Positions 12,960 through 25,706 of a stretch of 64,000 nucleotides of DNA are shown here, one piece after another. The first letter of the stretch is position 1. Every line of letters begins with the position of its first letter. A program made the translations under genes and the position numbers. The stretch is from Chiloscyllium plagiosum (taxonomy: Eukaryota): assembly GCF_004010195.1 (NCBI RefSeq), contig NC_057756.1, positions 8,096,676 through 8,160,675 on the forward strand, in the 5' to 3' direction. The notes beneath the pieces were generated by a model. The model was not told the DNA's origin. It did no database searches and saw only the letters and a list, made by a program, of their open reading frames with translations.

Positions 12960-13655
12960 GGCTTGAGTAAGCCCCAGAGACAGGCAGGGAGTGTAGGGAT
13001 TGGATGAGGTTACAAAGATAAGGAGGGGAGCAGGGGCTGGAGGAGGTTATAGAGATAGGGAGGAGTGTAGGGACTGGATGAGGTTATTAAGATAGAGAAG
13101 GCTGTAGGGGCTGGAGGGAATTATAGAGATAGGGAGGGTGTAGGGGCAAGAGGGATTTACAGAGACAGGGAGGGGTGTTGGGGCTGGAACAGGTGACAAA
13201 AATAGGGAGGGGTGTAGGGGCTGCAGAGGTTACAGAGATTGGGAGGCCTGTAGGGTCTGGAGGAGGTTGCAGAGATAGAGTTGTCTGGGCAGGAGAAGGT
13301 TACAGGGATAGGGAGGCGGGTAAGGGCTAGAGGAGGTTACACAGATATTGAGAGCTGTAGGGGCTGGAGGAGATTTCAGAAATAGAAATGGGTGTCAGTG
13401 GCTGGAGGAGGTGAGAGAGATAGGAAACTTGGAGGGGCTAGAGCAGGGGGGGGCTGGAGAGGGTTACAGAGATAGGGAGGGGTGTGGGGGCTGGAGGGGG
13501 TTATAGAGATAGAGAGGGATGTAGGAGCTGAAAGAGGTTACAGAGATAGGAATGGCTATACGGGCTGGATGAGTTTACAGAGATAGTGAGAGCTGTAGTG
13601 GATGGAGGAGGTTTCAGAAATTGAGACAGGTGTTGGTGGCTGGAGGAGGTGTGAG
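12960..13655 (+). repeat. Degenerate ~37-bp purine-rich minisatellite (also 22730-22935 and 27640-28160)
   Basis: Unit approximately GGGGCTGGAGGAGGTTACAGAGATAGGGAGGGGTGTA, repeated in tandem. Confidence 0.85.
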
Positions 13656-13659
13656 AGAC

Positions 13660-14168
13660 AAACACACACAAGAGCTTATTCACAAAATTACACAATGAAA
13701 CACAAAGAACCCCTACAGTACTCAGTCTATCCAAACTAGAATTAATTATGCTGTTCCAAATGTACACAACAGTCCCAATAAGCAAACTCTCTTTAAAACC
13801 CAGTGTAAATGGAACACATGCTTACAGGTTGAAGTTGAAGGGCAGAAAGAGAGAGACAGAGAGTTTCCACACAGCTCACTGTTGAATTCCTCACCAGTTC
13901 AAACTGACCTAAATTGCTCGACTCAGTTATAGATCTGACAACTCCCTTTTCTTTATACAGGTCACTTCTGAAACATGACCACTTTGGCCTGAAGTCTCAT
14001 CTTTTTACATATAAACAAAAGGCCTCTCAAAACCCTTTTCATCTCTGGACCAAACCAGACTGATCAGAGCCCAGCCTGGTTTATTACCCCTCTGAAAAGA
14101 AATCAAAGGCACAGTATCCTTGAGCCAAGGAACAGCTTTTATTTAAACAAGGGATTAGATTTGTGACA
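13660..14168 (-). mobile_element. Truncated LTR of the same family as the Gmr1-like element at 47932-55144
   Basis: Reverse complement starts TGTCACAAA...AAAAGCTGTTCCTTGGCTCAAGGA and aligns by eye to 47932-48390 and 54593-55010. Confidence 0.8.
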
Positions 14169-15289
14169 TCAGATTCGATTATAATCAATGAGCAAAACAT
14201 TTCTTGCAAGCAGAAGCCTAATATCCATTTGCTGTATCCTTAAATATAATTGATGTAACCTTTAAACTTTCTTGCATATAAAGGAGATTGTGAAGTTGCT
14301 TGATATTCATTCCCTGTCAAAATATTTAGGGTTCATTAAATATCTGTACGTTGAGCCTTTTATTTCATGCATACTACATTGGGAAGTTCAAACTTCTCAG
14401 AATAGGATATGCCAATTTGTAAACGTGCATTCTAATTTGTTGGAATTACTTTTTTTCAAACCGGAATTTGACGTTTCAATAGGACTTTGATTGGGTCTAC
14501 TTTTCCACTGATATATCTATTGGAGATGGTTACAGATTAAGTTCACAATACTTGACTGGGAATGTATGGACTGTTTTAATTGAATTATCGTTGCAGATGT
14601 GTCTTGTCATGTTACTCCTATTGCTTACTCAGTCTACACACAGCTTCCTATTCTCCATGAATCAGAGAATCATGCTGGGAGATTTTCAGCAGTAGACATC
14701 CTGTAGACATCCTCACTAATATCACTCTTCCAGCACCACTAATCCAGAATCCTCACTAATATCACCATTCCCAAGATTGTGCATTTAAAATGGGGGAAGG
14801 AGTGGCAATTTCAAAACGGGGATGTGATGTATTTTATTCTTTCTATGATTGCTATCATATTGAAACAACAAAGCTTTTGAAAGATGACAGAACTGAAGGG
14901 TAATATGGCATAGACATTAATGTAACAAACATGCATGAAACGTGAGCATTAATTCTGGGAGAAGATCACTAGTCTACTGAACAGTACAGATTAATGCTGG
15001 TACAGGCGTTTTGATCCTCCAGTCTTTGGCAGGTCAGTTTTACATTCTCATTTCTGTTAGCTTTTTCATGGGGCACCATAATCACAGAGGACCAATCTCT
15101 CGCCAGCCAACAGGTTCAACCTGAGAGGTACCTCTGGCAAGGGCGAGCATTGATAAGGTGACTCACATGGTAACTTCATTCAGCTGCGGGAATAGAAACT
15201 GCACTGTTGTCATTATCCAATATCGAAATCCAGCTAATTGAGCTGATGCGTGTTGCACTGCAATTGTTCCGAGATGCCCTTGAGAAAGT

Positions 15290-15580
15290 GATAGAAGCCC
15301 GACAGTGTGGAAGCGGGCCACCGATTGAGTCCACACCGACCTTCTGAAGAGCATCCCAACCCAGGCCCACCCTATCCTCGTAACCCTGTATTTCTCATGA
15401 CCAACTGTGCAAATCCCTGGATACTATGGCTGACTTCCCATGGCTAGTCCACCTAACCTGCACATTCTTAGACTATTGGAGGAAACCGGAGCACCTAGAG
15501 GAAACCCACACAGACACCAGGAGTATCGGGTCCCTGGCGCAGAGGCAGCAGCGCTAGCTACTGAGCCTCTGTGCCAAACC
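15290..15580 (-). mobile_element. Degenerate HE1-like V-SINE
   Basis: Reverse complement of the V-domain (GGAGGAAACCGGAGCACC) and the tail. Confidence 0.7.
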
Positions 15581-16488
15581 AAATAGTAGGTGGCCTTCCT
15601 CAACCACCTTGCTGTACATAAACTCACAATACTGTAATGGGCTTAATGTAAGGATTTTGACAGGGAGATGCTGAAGCAATGAGTATGGGAGGTTTTCACT
15701 ATTATTGGGTTCATTATGAAGATGAGTAATCTCCAGGGAAATATTCCCAAAATATTATAAAAGATATTTTTCTCATTCTTGCTTTGATCTCACAATCTCA
15801 TAGCAAAATTGATTTTATCTGGAGGAAAAGAGCACTTTTCTTTATATTGACATCAAACAAGCATGAATTTTGGCTTGTTTGGAATTGGAGTTTTGCCAGT
15901 TTAATGGTGTGATGTGGTAATCTACCTGCACAGGTTAGTGCTTTTGGGATACAAGCTCAAATCCCAGCACTGAATTTGTAATATCCGAGGTAACCCAATA
16001 ACTCTGTAATTGAAAGCCTGTTTTGGCAACTTTAAGCATGCAGTTGTTGAACAATAGTAGATTTCTAAATGAGATGATATCTACAGGATTAACTGCTGTC
16101 AGGTATGTGTCCTGCATGCACATTATGGAATGCTGGATTGAGGGGAACTCTGACTTCATGACAGGGCTAATTAATCCAAATGTTTTAGTTTTTTTAAGGG
16201 TCAGGAATTGGTTCCACATTTTACACGAATCTATTTCAATTTGTCACAGAAAACTAACAACTAACACACCCAGAACAAAGACTAAAGTTACATTATGCAC
16301 GATATTGCATTCAGTCTCCAATTGAGCACAGGTACAGCTAAAATGTATTGTGGATTATCTCCAAAATATAGGGACATTTTGGCATTTAATGCTGACTGCA
16401 CACCGATGAAGCCTTCAGTTACACACTTCTCTCAGTGTTGAAGCAATCTGTCTCCTGCTGTTAAAGGTCATGGTATATCAGGACATAC

Positions 16489-16773
16489 CTGTTGAGTGGA
16501 CTTGTTGCTTCCAGATACTAATGACCTGCTGGTACTCTTCCCCGCATATGATCAGCTTTTCAGATCCACCTGGGGGAGTCAGTGTTAGTGAGCTTTGCTG
16601 TAGGTGATTACCCACCGACCAGGAATGGACTGTAACTTCTGAAGCATTCACCGTGATGTTTCTGCCACTGAGTCTCCCCGTGATTGTTGCTGGATGTTTG
16701 GCTCTGACTGCAGATGCAAGAGAGGTCACTCTTGGAGATGGTGCAGTTTGAACCTAAAGCGCCACAGAGTAAT
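16489..16773 (-). pseudogene. Frameshifted Ig-domain exon resembling the MAG/Siglec membrane-proximal domain
   Basis: Acceptor TTTTATAG| and donor AG|GTATGT bound a 285-nt phase 1-1 exon. Across frames it reads LGSNCTISKSDLSCIC/VRAKHPATITGRLSGRNITVNASEV...SSLTLTPPGGSEKLIIC. This compares with MAG domain 5 as recalled: SHC...QCLCVVKSNPEPSVAFELPSRNVTVNESE...SILTL...RVIC. The spliced frame contains a TAG. Confidence 0.6.
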
Positions 16774-17349
16774 CTATAAAACAAACAGAGAAAGAAGAGG
16801 TTTTCCAAGTAATCTTACTTTTGCTTTGTTTGAATTGGTAAATCTGTTGTTTGTGAATATGAATGATCATTTGAATTTGCTCTACACAACACATCATGCC
16901 CGCAAGTAGTACAGTTTGGGGATACTATTGCTTTATCTGAATACAAATAATAGATTCAAATTAATCCCCATTTCAACGTCCATTTAATATATCGATCACA
17001 GACTGTGTCACAAACTACAAACAGTTTATGAAATGTCCCACCATGACAGCAATTTATTTATGAACAGACAAAACAGAGTGAAAAGTCAAAAATCACTTCT
17101 CCTCATTCTAAAGTGCCTGTGTTGACTGTGAAGATGTGAAGGTGAGAGGAACGTACTTTGAAATATGCAAAATTCTGACAGGGCTTGACAGACTGGATGC
17201 AGGGAGAATCCGGAACAAGGGGTGACGGTCTCAGGGTCTGGGTGAGCAGTTTTGGACTGAGCTGATGAAAATGGTGAGAGAAACACAGTCTTCACTCAGA
17301 GGATGGTGAACCAATGAAATACCAATGAAATATGTTTAAGGGGGAAGCA

Positions 17350-17610
17350 GTTTTCTAGAGGACTTTCTAGTTTTGGACACCCCAACCCTAGGAAAAGACC
17401 TTGACTCTTCACTATATCCATGCCCCTTCTGATTTTATAAACCTCTTTAAGATCACCCCTCAGCTTCTGAAGCTCCAGGGGAAATAGCCCCATCCTATTC
17501 AGCCTCTCCCTGTAGCTCAAACCCTCCAATTCTGGCAACATCCTTCTAAACCTTTTCCACCCCTTGTCAAGTTTCACAATACCTTTCCTGTAGCTCAGAG
17601 ACCAGATTTG
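17350..17610 (-). mobile_element. CR1 ORF2 C-terminal fragment
   Basis: RMLPELEGLSYRERLNRMGLFPLELQKLRGDLKEVYKI is the canonical CR1 ORF2 C-terminus. Confidence 0.85.
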
Positions 17611-17850
17611 AATGCCTTCAGGAACAGGTGGGCGAGTCAGAGGCTGCTCCCCTCTTCCCCTGCCCACCTGAGCCCCCCTGCCAGTCAGCCTATCTGGGCA
17701 GGGCCCCCTGGTTTGAAGTTCTCCACCAGAATGGCAAAGTTTATCGCAAGCCACGGGTGGTTCCAGAAGTGGTGGAATATGAGGATATGGTTAATGGCCA
17801 AGTTGATGTCCCAGACTTGAGACGTGTAGGCATTGGGTTCAGGAGGTGAC

Positions 17851-18285
17851 TGTCACAGTTGATGGCTACAGTTCTCTGTCTCTTTCTCTGCTGCAGCAAA
17901 GGTGCTTGAATTCACTCTGTGCTGTGAGATTGTTTCCTTCGGTGATCATTTCTCTTGGAATGGAGGAGAGAGCACGTCAGGAAAATCAGTTTTGTTCAAT
18001 TTGGCTTTGCTGTGGGTAAGTTTATGGGATGCTGCTGTATTAGAACAGTTGATGATTAGCAGTTAAATAATACATTTTTTTTCACCACAGTTATTCCAAT
18101 TGATTTTTGTTGTTTGTCTTTTAACTGTGTTGTAAGAATAAAGTTCAATTCACTTAAAGCCGAGTGGTGAACCAATTGAACCACATCTGGATCACAGTAC
18201 TTTACACATGACTTGAACTGAAGCTTAAATTTATGGCCGAGGCTATTTTATGGTGTATTTTGAGGGTTTGGTTCGGTCCATAACA
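17851..18285 (+). mobile_element. Partial LTR (a similar fragment lies at 19560-19807)
   Basis: TGTCACAG...AATAAAG...GGTCCATAACA, the end shared with other LTRs in the window. Confidence 0.55.
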
Positions 18286-20720
18286 CTAGCTTCTGGGTAA
18301 GAGTCATATTCCATCTCTTAACATTTTATATTCCACTTCCTTGTTGTTGAAATGTCTCTTGTTCTATTGGCACATGTCAAAAGTGTGAGTGACCCGTTTG
18401 ACACTATTTCTAGATGTTGATGATATCTTGATGGGTACAGGAGTACACTGCTGGAATTCTTAACTAGCACAAACTCTCTGAGTAATACAGTTAATTGGTG
18501 CAACTTTGGTTATAGTTATTCAGCACAAAAAATGAAAGTAAGAATTATTCCTTTATGGCAGTGAAACATTATAGAGAAAAGTTACACCTGTCTTGGGAAG
18601 GTATGTGGAGATAATCAAAGCATTGGAGACATTACTTCAGCAAATTACCTCAAATTTCCAGTTTACATTGATGAAAGAATTGAATGTATTTTAACAGCTT
18701 CGGTATTAAGATCCTCAACAGGACATCCTCAACATTTTTTGGGACAGCTTGTCACTCATGAGGTGATACTGCTGTAATGGTTTCAAAGTTTTTGGAGTGA
18801 GATTTTGGGTCTCCATTTGAGTTGTAGATTCGAGACCTACAACCTGAAGGTATATTCTCTGAAACTAATACATTTTGTCAATTCAAACCAATTCAGCAAC
18901 TATCTCACTGGTTACTTCTTTTAAGACCCTTGGATGAAATCCATCACAAACCCGCTGACATGTCAACTCGTGCTCCCACAATGTACTCAGTACTACTTTG
19001 CTGGTATTTGCCATTTTGTTGAGTTCCTCCCTCCCTGTTAATTCCTTATTTACAGATATTTCCAGGATGCTACTTGCATATTCTCTAGTGAAGAAGGGTG
19101 CAAATTAGCCGTTTGGCATGGATCTGCCATTTCTTTATCCTCCATTGCTAATTCCTTAGATTTATTTTAGCCAGGACGAACATCTACTTCAGTAACTTTA
19201 ATTTTTTTTAGCATCCAGAGAATTGTTTTTCCTTTCTATTTTTTGTACATCTCGCTAATTCTCTCGCACCCTAATTTTTCTCACTTTATTGATCTCTGTT
19301 GTTTTATTTTAAAACATTTGCCCAGTCTTTTCACCTGTCACCCACCTTTGCACAATTAAACGTTGATTCTTTGTGGTTGATAGTACATTTGAATTTTTCA
19401 GTGATAGTTGGTCTGTTCCATAGAATTTTTGTTGTCTGTTGGAATTAATCTGTGCATTTTCTGGTACATCCCTTTAATGTTTGCCTTTCCATCTCTATTC
19501 ACCTACCTGCTAAACTAAATTGACAGTTTACTTTCACTAGCTCTGCTTTCAAGGGGATTGTTGCAGGAATTTGGAACAGCAGTTGGAATAGTCTGTTGGG
19601 CTTTCTGACAGGTTCAGTTATTCTGAATTCTGTTCTCGTTGGTATTTCATTCAGTACCAATTCTGTTTGGTTTAAAACCAAGGGGTTTTGACGTGCTGCA
19701 TTACTCCTGAAAATACTCACGCTACATCTGATCAAAACAACTAGAAAAGTTAGTATCTGGGCTACTTTCCTGAAATGGTGTGAGGGGGTCTGGCCTGGTC
19801 CATAACACATGCCTCAGGCGAGAGGAGAGTTTGAGATAGATAGCTCTTCGTGATGACCTCAGCTGAATTAAACCTACACTGTAGGCATTCCTCTGTATCA
19901 CAAACAAGCCATCCAACCAACTGAGCTAATCAACTCAGAATTGAGTGAGACTGTGTGCATGTCTGTGTAAGGTGGCTTCATTGCTAAGACTGAACAGCAT
20001 CTGTGTATTCGTGCAAGGCATGTATGCCAGTGTTCGCCTTTCTGTCAGTGTTCCAGTGAATGAGTGTGTTTGTGTAAGTGTCTGAGAATGTGAGAATGCA
20101 TGAGCGTGGAACATATGTGTGTGCATCAGCGAGTGTTTGAAATTGTATGTGCATCTTTGGTTGTGTGTGTTTGTGAGGAATATGTATGTGAGTGATTGTA
20201 AGCACGTGTGTAAGATAAATATGTGTAAAATGTGAGTCTGTATGTTTGTGAGTTTCTGTGTCTGCGATTCTGTTTGTAGGTGAGCCCATTTTCTTGTGTG
20301 CTTCTATCTCTTTGTGAAAGTCCGTGTTCAGCCTTTGCACGTTTTGTGCAAGTGACAGTTTGTTTGTGGATGCAGTTGGGAGTCAGTGTGGTTCACCAAT
20401 ACCCTCAGTAGCTGAGATAACCTCCACAAAACCCTCTGGGCTGTCTTTGCTCTTGATTCAGGATTATTCCAGATAGCTGCAGTGATGGCAAGCCTTATAT
20501 TTTGCTCAGTGAAGTGCACATTACTGCTGACCAGAGATTCAGCCCAGATATTTGGGAGCTGACAGAATTGCATCAGAAGGTTAAGCACTTAATGTTTAAA
20601 CAGATAACAAATTGTTTAAACAAGTCAGATTTCTTGCGAAAAGTCCAAAAGGGGAAAGTCCGCTTTCTGAATAATTTGTTCTTGCTTGTTGAAACTCACT
20701 AAACCACCCAATCAAACCGT

Positions 20721-21044
20721 GGGCGGCACGGTGGCACAGTGGTTAGCACTGCTGCCTCACAGCGCCTGAGACCCGGGTTCAATTCCCGCCTCAGGCGACT
20801 GACTGTGTGGAGTTTGCACGTTCTCCCCGTGTCTGCGTGGGTTTCCTCCGGGTGCTCCGGTTTCCTCCCACAGTCCAAAAGATGTGCAGGGTCAGGTGAA
20901 TTGGCCATGCTAAATTGTCCGTAGTGTTAGGTAAGGGGTAAATGTAGGGGTATGGGTGGGTTTCGCTTCGGCGGGTCGGTGTGGACTTGTTGGGCCGAAG
21001 GGCCTGTTTCTACACTGTAATGTAATCTAATGTAATCTAATAAT
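20721..21044 (+). mobile_element. HE1-like V-SINE, near full length
   Basis: Intact tRNA head, V-domain and (TGTAATCTAA)n tail. Near-perfect TSD AATCAAAC(C/T)GT at 20710-20720 and 21045-21055. Confidence 0.9.
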
Positions 21045-21486
21045 AATCAAACTGTACAGAATCTTTATCGTTAAGTGAGAAATCTCAACGTTCCCACACT
21101 ATTCAGAAACAGAGAGTGCCATTTACAGATTCTTTAAGATTGAAATGAAAGCAAGAAAGAGAGACAGATAGGGAAAGAGAAGGACCAGGATGGAGAGAGA
21201 AAAAAAGAGTGTGAAAGGGAGCAGTACAGACAGCGAAAAAGATACACAGACACAGGGTGTGAGATAGAAACAGAGAGACAGTGAGAAATACTGAAACAAA
21301 GAATGAAGTAGTGAGAAGCAGAGCAAACAGAGACAGAGAGAGAAGGTGAGAAAGGCAGAGAGAAACAGAGACAGAAACACAGAGTGAGAGAGGCAAAGAG
21401 AGACAGAGAGATTGAGGGAAACAGAAAGAGTCAGACAGAAAGAGAGCACATGAAAAGCAAAGAAACACAGGCAGAAAGAGAGAGTA

Positions 21487-21867
21487 AGAAGAAGGTTGAG
21501 AGGTAACTTTATATTGACATATAAGCTAACCAGAGGGTTCGATCGGGTGGACAGTGAGAGCCTTTTTCCTCAGATGGTGATGGCTAGCACGAGGAGGCAA
21601 AGCTTTCAGTTGAGAAGTGATGGATATAGGACAGATGTAAGAGGTAGTTTCTTTATTCAGGAAATAATAGGGGCATGGAATGGCCTACCTGCAACAGTAG
21701 TAGACTCGCCAGCTTTAGGGGCATTTAAATGGTCATTGGAACGGCATATGGATGATAATGAAATAGTAGAGGTTAGATGAGCTTCAGATTGGTTTCATAG
21801 GCCGGTGCAACATCCCGGGCCGAAGGGCCTGTACTGCACTGTAATATTCTATATCTTCCACGTCCTA
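21487..21867 (+). mobile_element. CR1/HER1 LINE 3' end abutting the pentraxin pseudogene
   Basis: Reads RLRGNFILTYKLTRGFDRVDSESLFP...WNGLPATVV, followed by the GGGCCGAAGGGCCTGT tail. Confidence 0.85.
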
Positions 21868-22170
21868 TGGATCAATGGAGTCCGGAGCCTTAGCAAACTC
21901 GGCCATCAGGGTGGGGTGGTGAGTGTGGGGGGTGGGCACAATTATCCTGGGGCAGGAGCAGGATCAGGAAGGGGGTGGGTTTGACAGCCAGCAGAGATTC
22001 ATAGGAGAGTTGACAGATGTTAACTTGTGGGATCACATCCTGTCCCTGACAGACATTAAGGCACTAAATTTAAGGTGACACCGCGCTGGGGGTAACATCA
22101 TCAATTGGGCCACATTGGAGTACAAGAACAGGGGAATTATCAACATCTAGGAAATTAAGATTGCAAGCAC
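21868..22170 (+). pseudogene. Pentraxin pseudogene (3' half of exon 2), paralog of 33952-34568
   Basis: Reads WINGVRSLSKLGHQGGVV/(frameshift)TIILGQEQDQEGGGFDSQQRFIGELTDVNLWDHILSLTDIKALNLR*HRAGGNIINWATLEYKNRGIINI*. Colinear with 34266-34568. Stops are TGA at 22076-22078 and TAG at 22148-22150. Confidence 0.9.
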
Positions 22171-24957
22171 CAAGCTGACTGTAATGGTTTGACAATGACA
22201 GGAAAATGCACTCTCACAGAATCTAACTCTCACACATATTCATGTGCACGCACAATGTCAGACACAGCCAACCCCCTATACATACACACAAACACATGCA
22301 TACACGCACCATATGCTAACCACATGAGAACCTATGTGCACTTCACAAACAAAGTTAGTACTTGAAAGAGTACCTGCTTTCAAGCAGGTTGTGCCCTGGA
22401 TTGTGAATGTTCCTTTATCTGATGTTTAATATCTGGTCTTGAAATCTACCTGATAGGATGAGGGAAAGATTTGCATCATGTTATGCAAATGCACAAAGTT
22501 TAAAATGTAGTGCTTGCTGTCTGATCAAAATAATAAACTAGCATCAGAAATTAGAGTTACCCGTGTGTTTGTATTATAAAATTGTCTGTCAAGTATTGCT
22601 ACCCCTTTCATCTGAATCTCGCTGTGTTTGACTGCTTCTATCTTTCTATCACTTTCTCTCTCTCTCATACAGACACATGAATGCACGCACACGCAAACAG
22701 AGCTGATATGGGGAAGACTGTCCTGGCTGAAGAAGGTTGCAGAGAGAATGAGGGTTGCACGGGAGAAATGAAGTTACAGAGATAGGGAGGGTTGTAGGGG
22801 CCAGAGGGGTTCACAGAGATAGGACTGTTACGTGGGTGAAAGGAGGTTATAGAGATTTGCAGGGTTGCTGGGAACAAAGGAGGAGTGAACAATTGAGAAG
22901 TTGCAGTGTTTGGAGGAGGTTACATGAATAGGGGGACTCAGTGTGGCTTCAGGGAGTCATGGGACAACTGATCTCTATGAGATAAGTCATGACGGGCAGT
23001 GGCAGCAGAAATTGAGACATGGTGAATTTTATATAAGGTACAACGTGGGATATCAGACACCCACACGTTGTAATAGTGGCGTCTGTATGGGCAAGTGAGG
23101 AGGAAGGATGGTGCAAAAGATATTGGGCTGACATACTTGAGTAACATGGGGGCAGAGATAGAACACGGAATAATGTACCTACAGAGGTGAGTGAAGGGGA
23201 GAGGAATGCATACTGGATAGTGGGCTATCAGATAATTAGGACTGTATCCACTTCAGTTTAGAAGAACATGCGCAGGGGCGGAAATGTCTACAACATTTTA
23301 ACCAACTAGACAAGGTAACAGCAGGGAGGATGCTCCCAATGAATCCAAAACAAGGAGTCACAGTTTAAAGACACAAGGTAGGCCATTTAGCTCAGAGGTG
23401 AGGAGAACTTTCTTCACCTAGAGAATGATAAGCTTGTGGAATTACCTGCTACAGAAAGTACTTGAGTGCAAAACATGGAACTTTTTCAAGAAGAAGTTGT
23501 CTATTGTTATTGGGGCTCAAATGATCAGAAGGTATGGGGAGAAAATAGGAAGAGGTACTGAGTTGGATCGTCAGCCATGGTCATATTGAATGCTGGAGTA
23601 GGCTGGAAGGACCGAATAGACCACTCCAGCTCCAGTTTCCCATGTTTTCAATCTACCCACAGAGTTTAGTGAGTTGATGAGAGTAAAGTTCACAAGTGAA
23701 TGTGTCCCATCCAACAGCAGAAATGGAAAAATGAGAAACCCTGATAGAACTGCGCAGATAAACGCGTGCACAGATAAACACGTGCAGATAGATGCATGTA
23801 GAGACGGGGAAAATGAACATGTATCTGCATCTTCAAAAAACGTTACAGAGTTTTTAGCTCTTTAGCAATGATGTAGAGTCTCCAGGGAAACACTGACAGG
23901 TTTGAGGGCATGTCCACAGTAAAGTTGGTTTCTTTTAGAAACTATTTCACTTAGTTCGGAATGGAACGATGGCGGCTGCAATGACCACCATCAACTTAAC
24001 CATCAACCGTGACTTCCTTATAACTCTAACTCTCCAATCCTGGCCACATGCTGGTAAACCTTTTCTAAACCCTCACTGATCTAATAATATCCTAAACCAA
24101 TCTACTGAACTCATCATCAGGCAATGAATAGACAGGAAACTGGTGGGCCTTTTCTTCAGCATTGGTTCTGCTTCAATTTAATTATGTTCATTTATTCTTT
24201 GCCTGGGTTGGGGGTAAGGCTGGTATTTGTTGCCCATCCTTGGTTTCTCTTGAACTGAGTTGGCTTGTTGGGTCATTTCAAAGACAACCTCATTGTTGTG
24301 AGTCTGGAGTCACGTGTGTACCAGACCCAGTAAGATATCTCTCTCAAGAGGACTTCAGTGAACGCAGATATGTTCACATCAAGAGCTATCAGGTCCTGCT
24401 CGCATCTGTTCCAACTCTTCCAGCATTATCCTGGGCTAAAATGATAGGCACTTGGCTGGGAAGCATTAGCCCAGTGGCAATATCAAGAAATTATTAATCC
24501 ACAAGACCCAAATAATCTTCTGGGTACCTGAGTTCAAATGCTACCATGGCAGATAGTGTAATTTTAATGCTGTAAAAGTCTGGGTCTAATGATGACACAT
24601 GAGATAATTTGGTAAACATCTTGAGTGCTCAGAAGTATTAAAGGTATTACCAGAAGTATTAAACGTATTACGACGAATCAGCATTTGCCATCTCATGACA
24701 TCCAAAGTCAACATTGAAGGAAATAATTAGTAATAATCTCAAACTACATGAACTATTCTTGGGTGCAGGGCACCTGAAGACATTTTTCAACCAAAGTTCA
24801 AAGCTCACCAGCTCATGTGCTGACATTGCACTCACCAGTTCTGTCACAACAGAAAATTGGAACTGAATTATGTTTGTTACAAAAACCTATTTGAGCAGTA
24901 TTTTTCCAGCGGACATGCATATCATCCTACCAAGGTCAATGTGTCATAATTCCCAAC

Positions 24958-25027
24958 CCAATGTGGCATGTTGGGCACTGAAAGCAATGAGGACACTGGA
25001 GATAACATATACCCAGATCCTTGCCAT
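24958..25027 (-). other. Possible signal-peptide (leader) exon
   Basis: An acceptor TTCTTAG precedes the ATG. Reads MARIWVYVISSVLIAFSAQHATL, then G|GTTGGG (a weak phase-1 donor). Confidence 0.25.
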
Positions 25028-25375
25028 GTGATACCTCTGTCCTAAGAAATAATAAAAATGTGTACTTTAAATTAAAAAAAGACATGCAACTTTTAAAACA
25101 CTCTTCCTACATTACTCATTGTGAACTTAACAATCCTGGAGTGCAATCCATTTTAAAATTTATTTTATAAAATGCATTTGGCAGGAGTGAACAGAGAGAG
25201 TGTAATCACAGAGAAGTGAACTGAAATCTAGAATAAATTGCAACTTAACATTCTGACGTATAAAAAATGACTGAGATTGACAAAGCAGATGCAAACAGTA
25301 TGTTTTGTCAGCAGGGCAATCTAGAATAAGACATCACAGTTTTAGGATAAAGGGTAACAGGTTTCAAAGAGAGGT

Positions 25376-25706
25376 GATTAGATTCAATTCCCTACAGTAT
25401 GGAAACAGGCCCCTTCAGTCCAACAAGTCCACACTGACCCTCCGAAGTGTAACCCACCCAGACCCATTCCACTACTCTATATTTACTCCCGACTAATGCA
25501 CCTACCACCATCAGCATTTTAGCATAGCCAATTCACCTGACCCGCACATTTTTGGACTGTGGGAGGAAAGCGGTGCACCTGGATGAAACCTTCACAGACA
25601 TGGAGAGAATGTGCAAATTCCACACAGTCATCCAAGGCAGGGATCAAACCGCGGTCCCTGGTGTTGTGAGGCAGCAGTGCTAACCATTGAGCCACCATGC
25701 TGCCCC
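25376..25706 (-). mobile_element. HE1-like V-SINE inserted into a CR1 3' fragment (25290-25935)
   Basis: Reverse-complement SINE; CR1 3' sequence continues on both sides. Confidence 0.75.

Noticed and set aside
18318..18503. Ig V-like snippet SRYHQHLEIVSNGSLTL on the minus strand
   Set aside because: No D-x-G-x-Y-x-C motif, no upstream Cys/Trp and no convincing splice sites were found. Likely chance.
20721..20800. tRNA genes at SINE heads (also 12500, 39330, 49480)
   Set aside because: They continue into the V-domain and a LINE-like tail, so they are tRNA-derived SINE heads.
21103..21468. Hydrophobic Leu/Ser-rich ORFs (also 28707-29133 and 33245-33930)
   Set aside because: They are translations of GA/TC and TG/CA low-complexity tracts.
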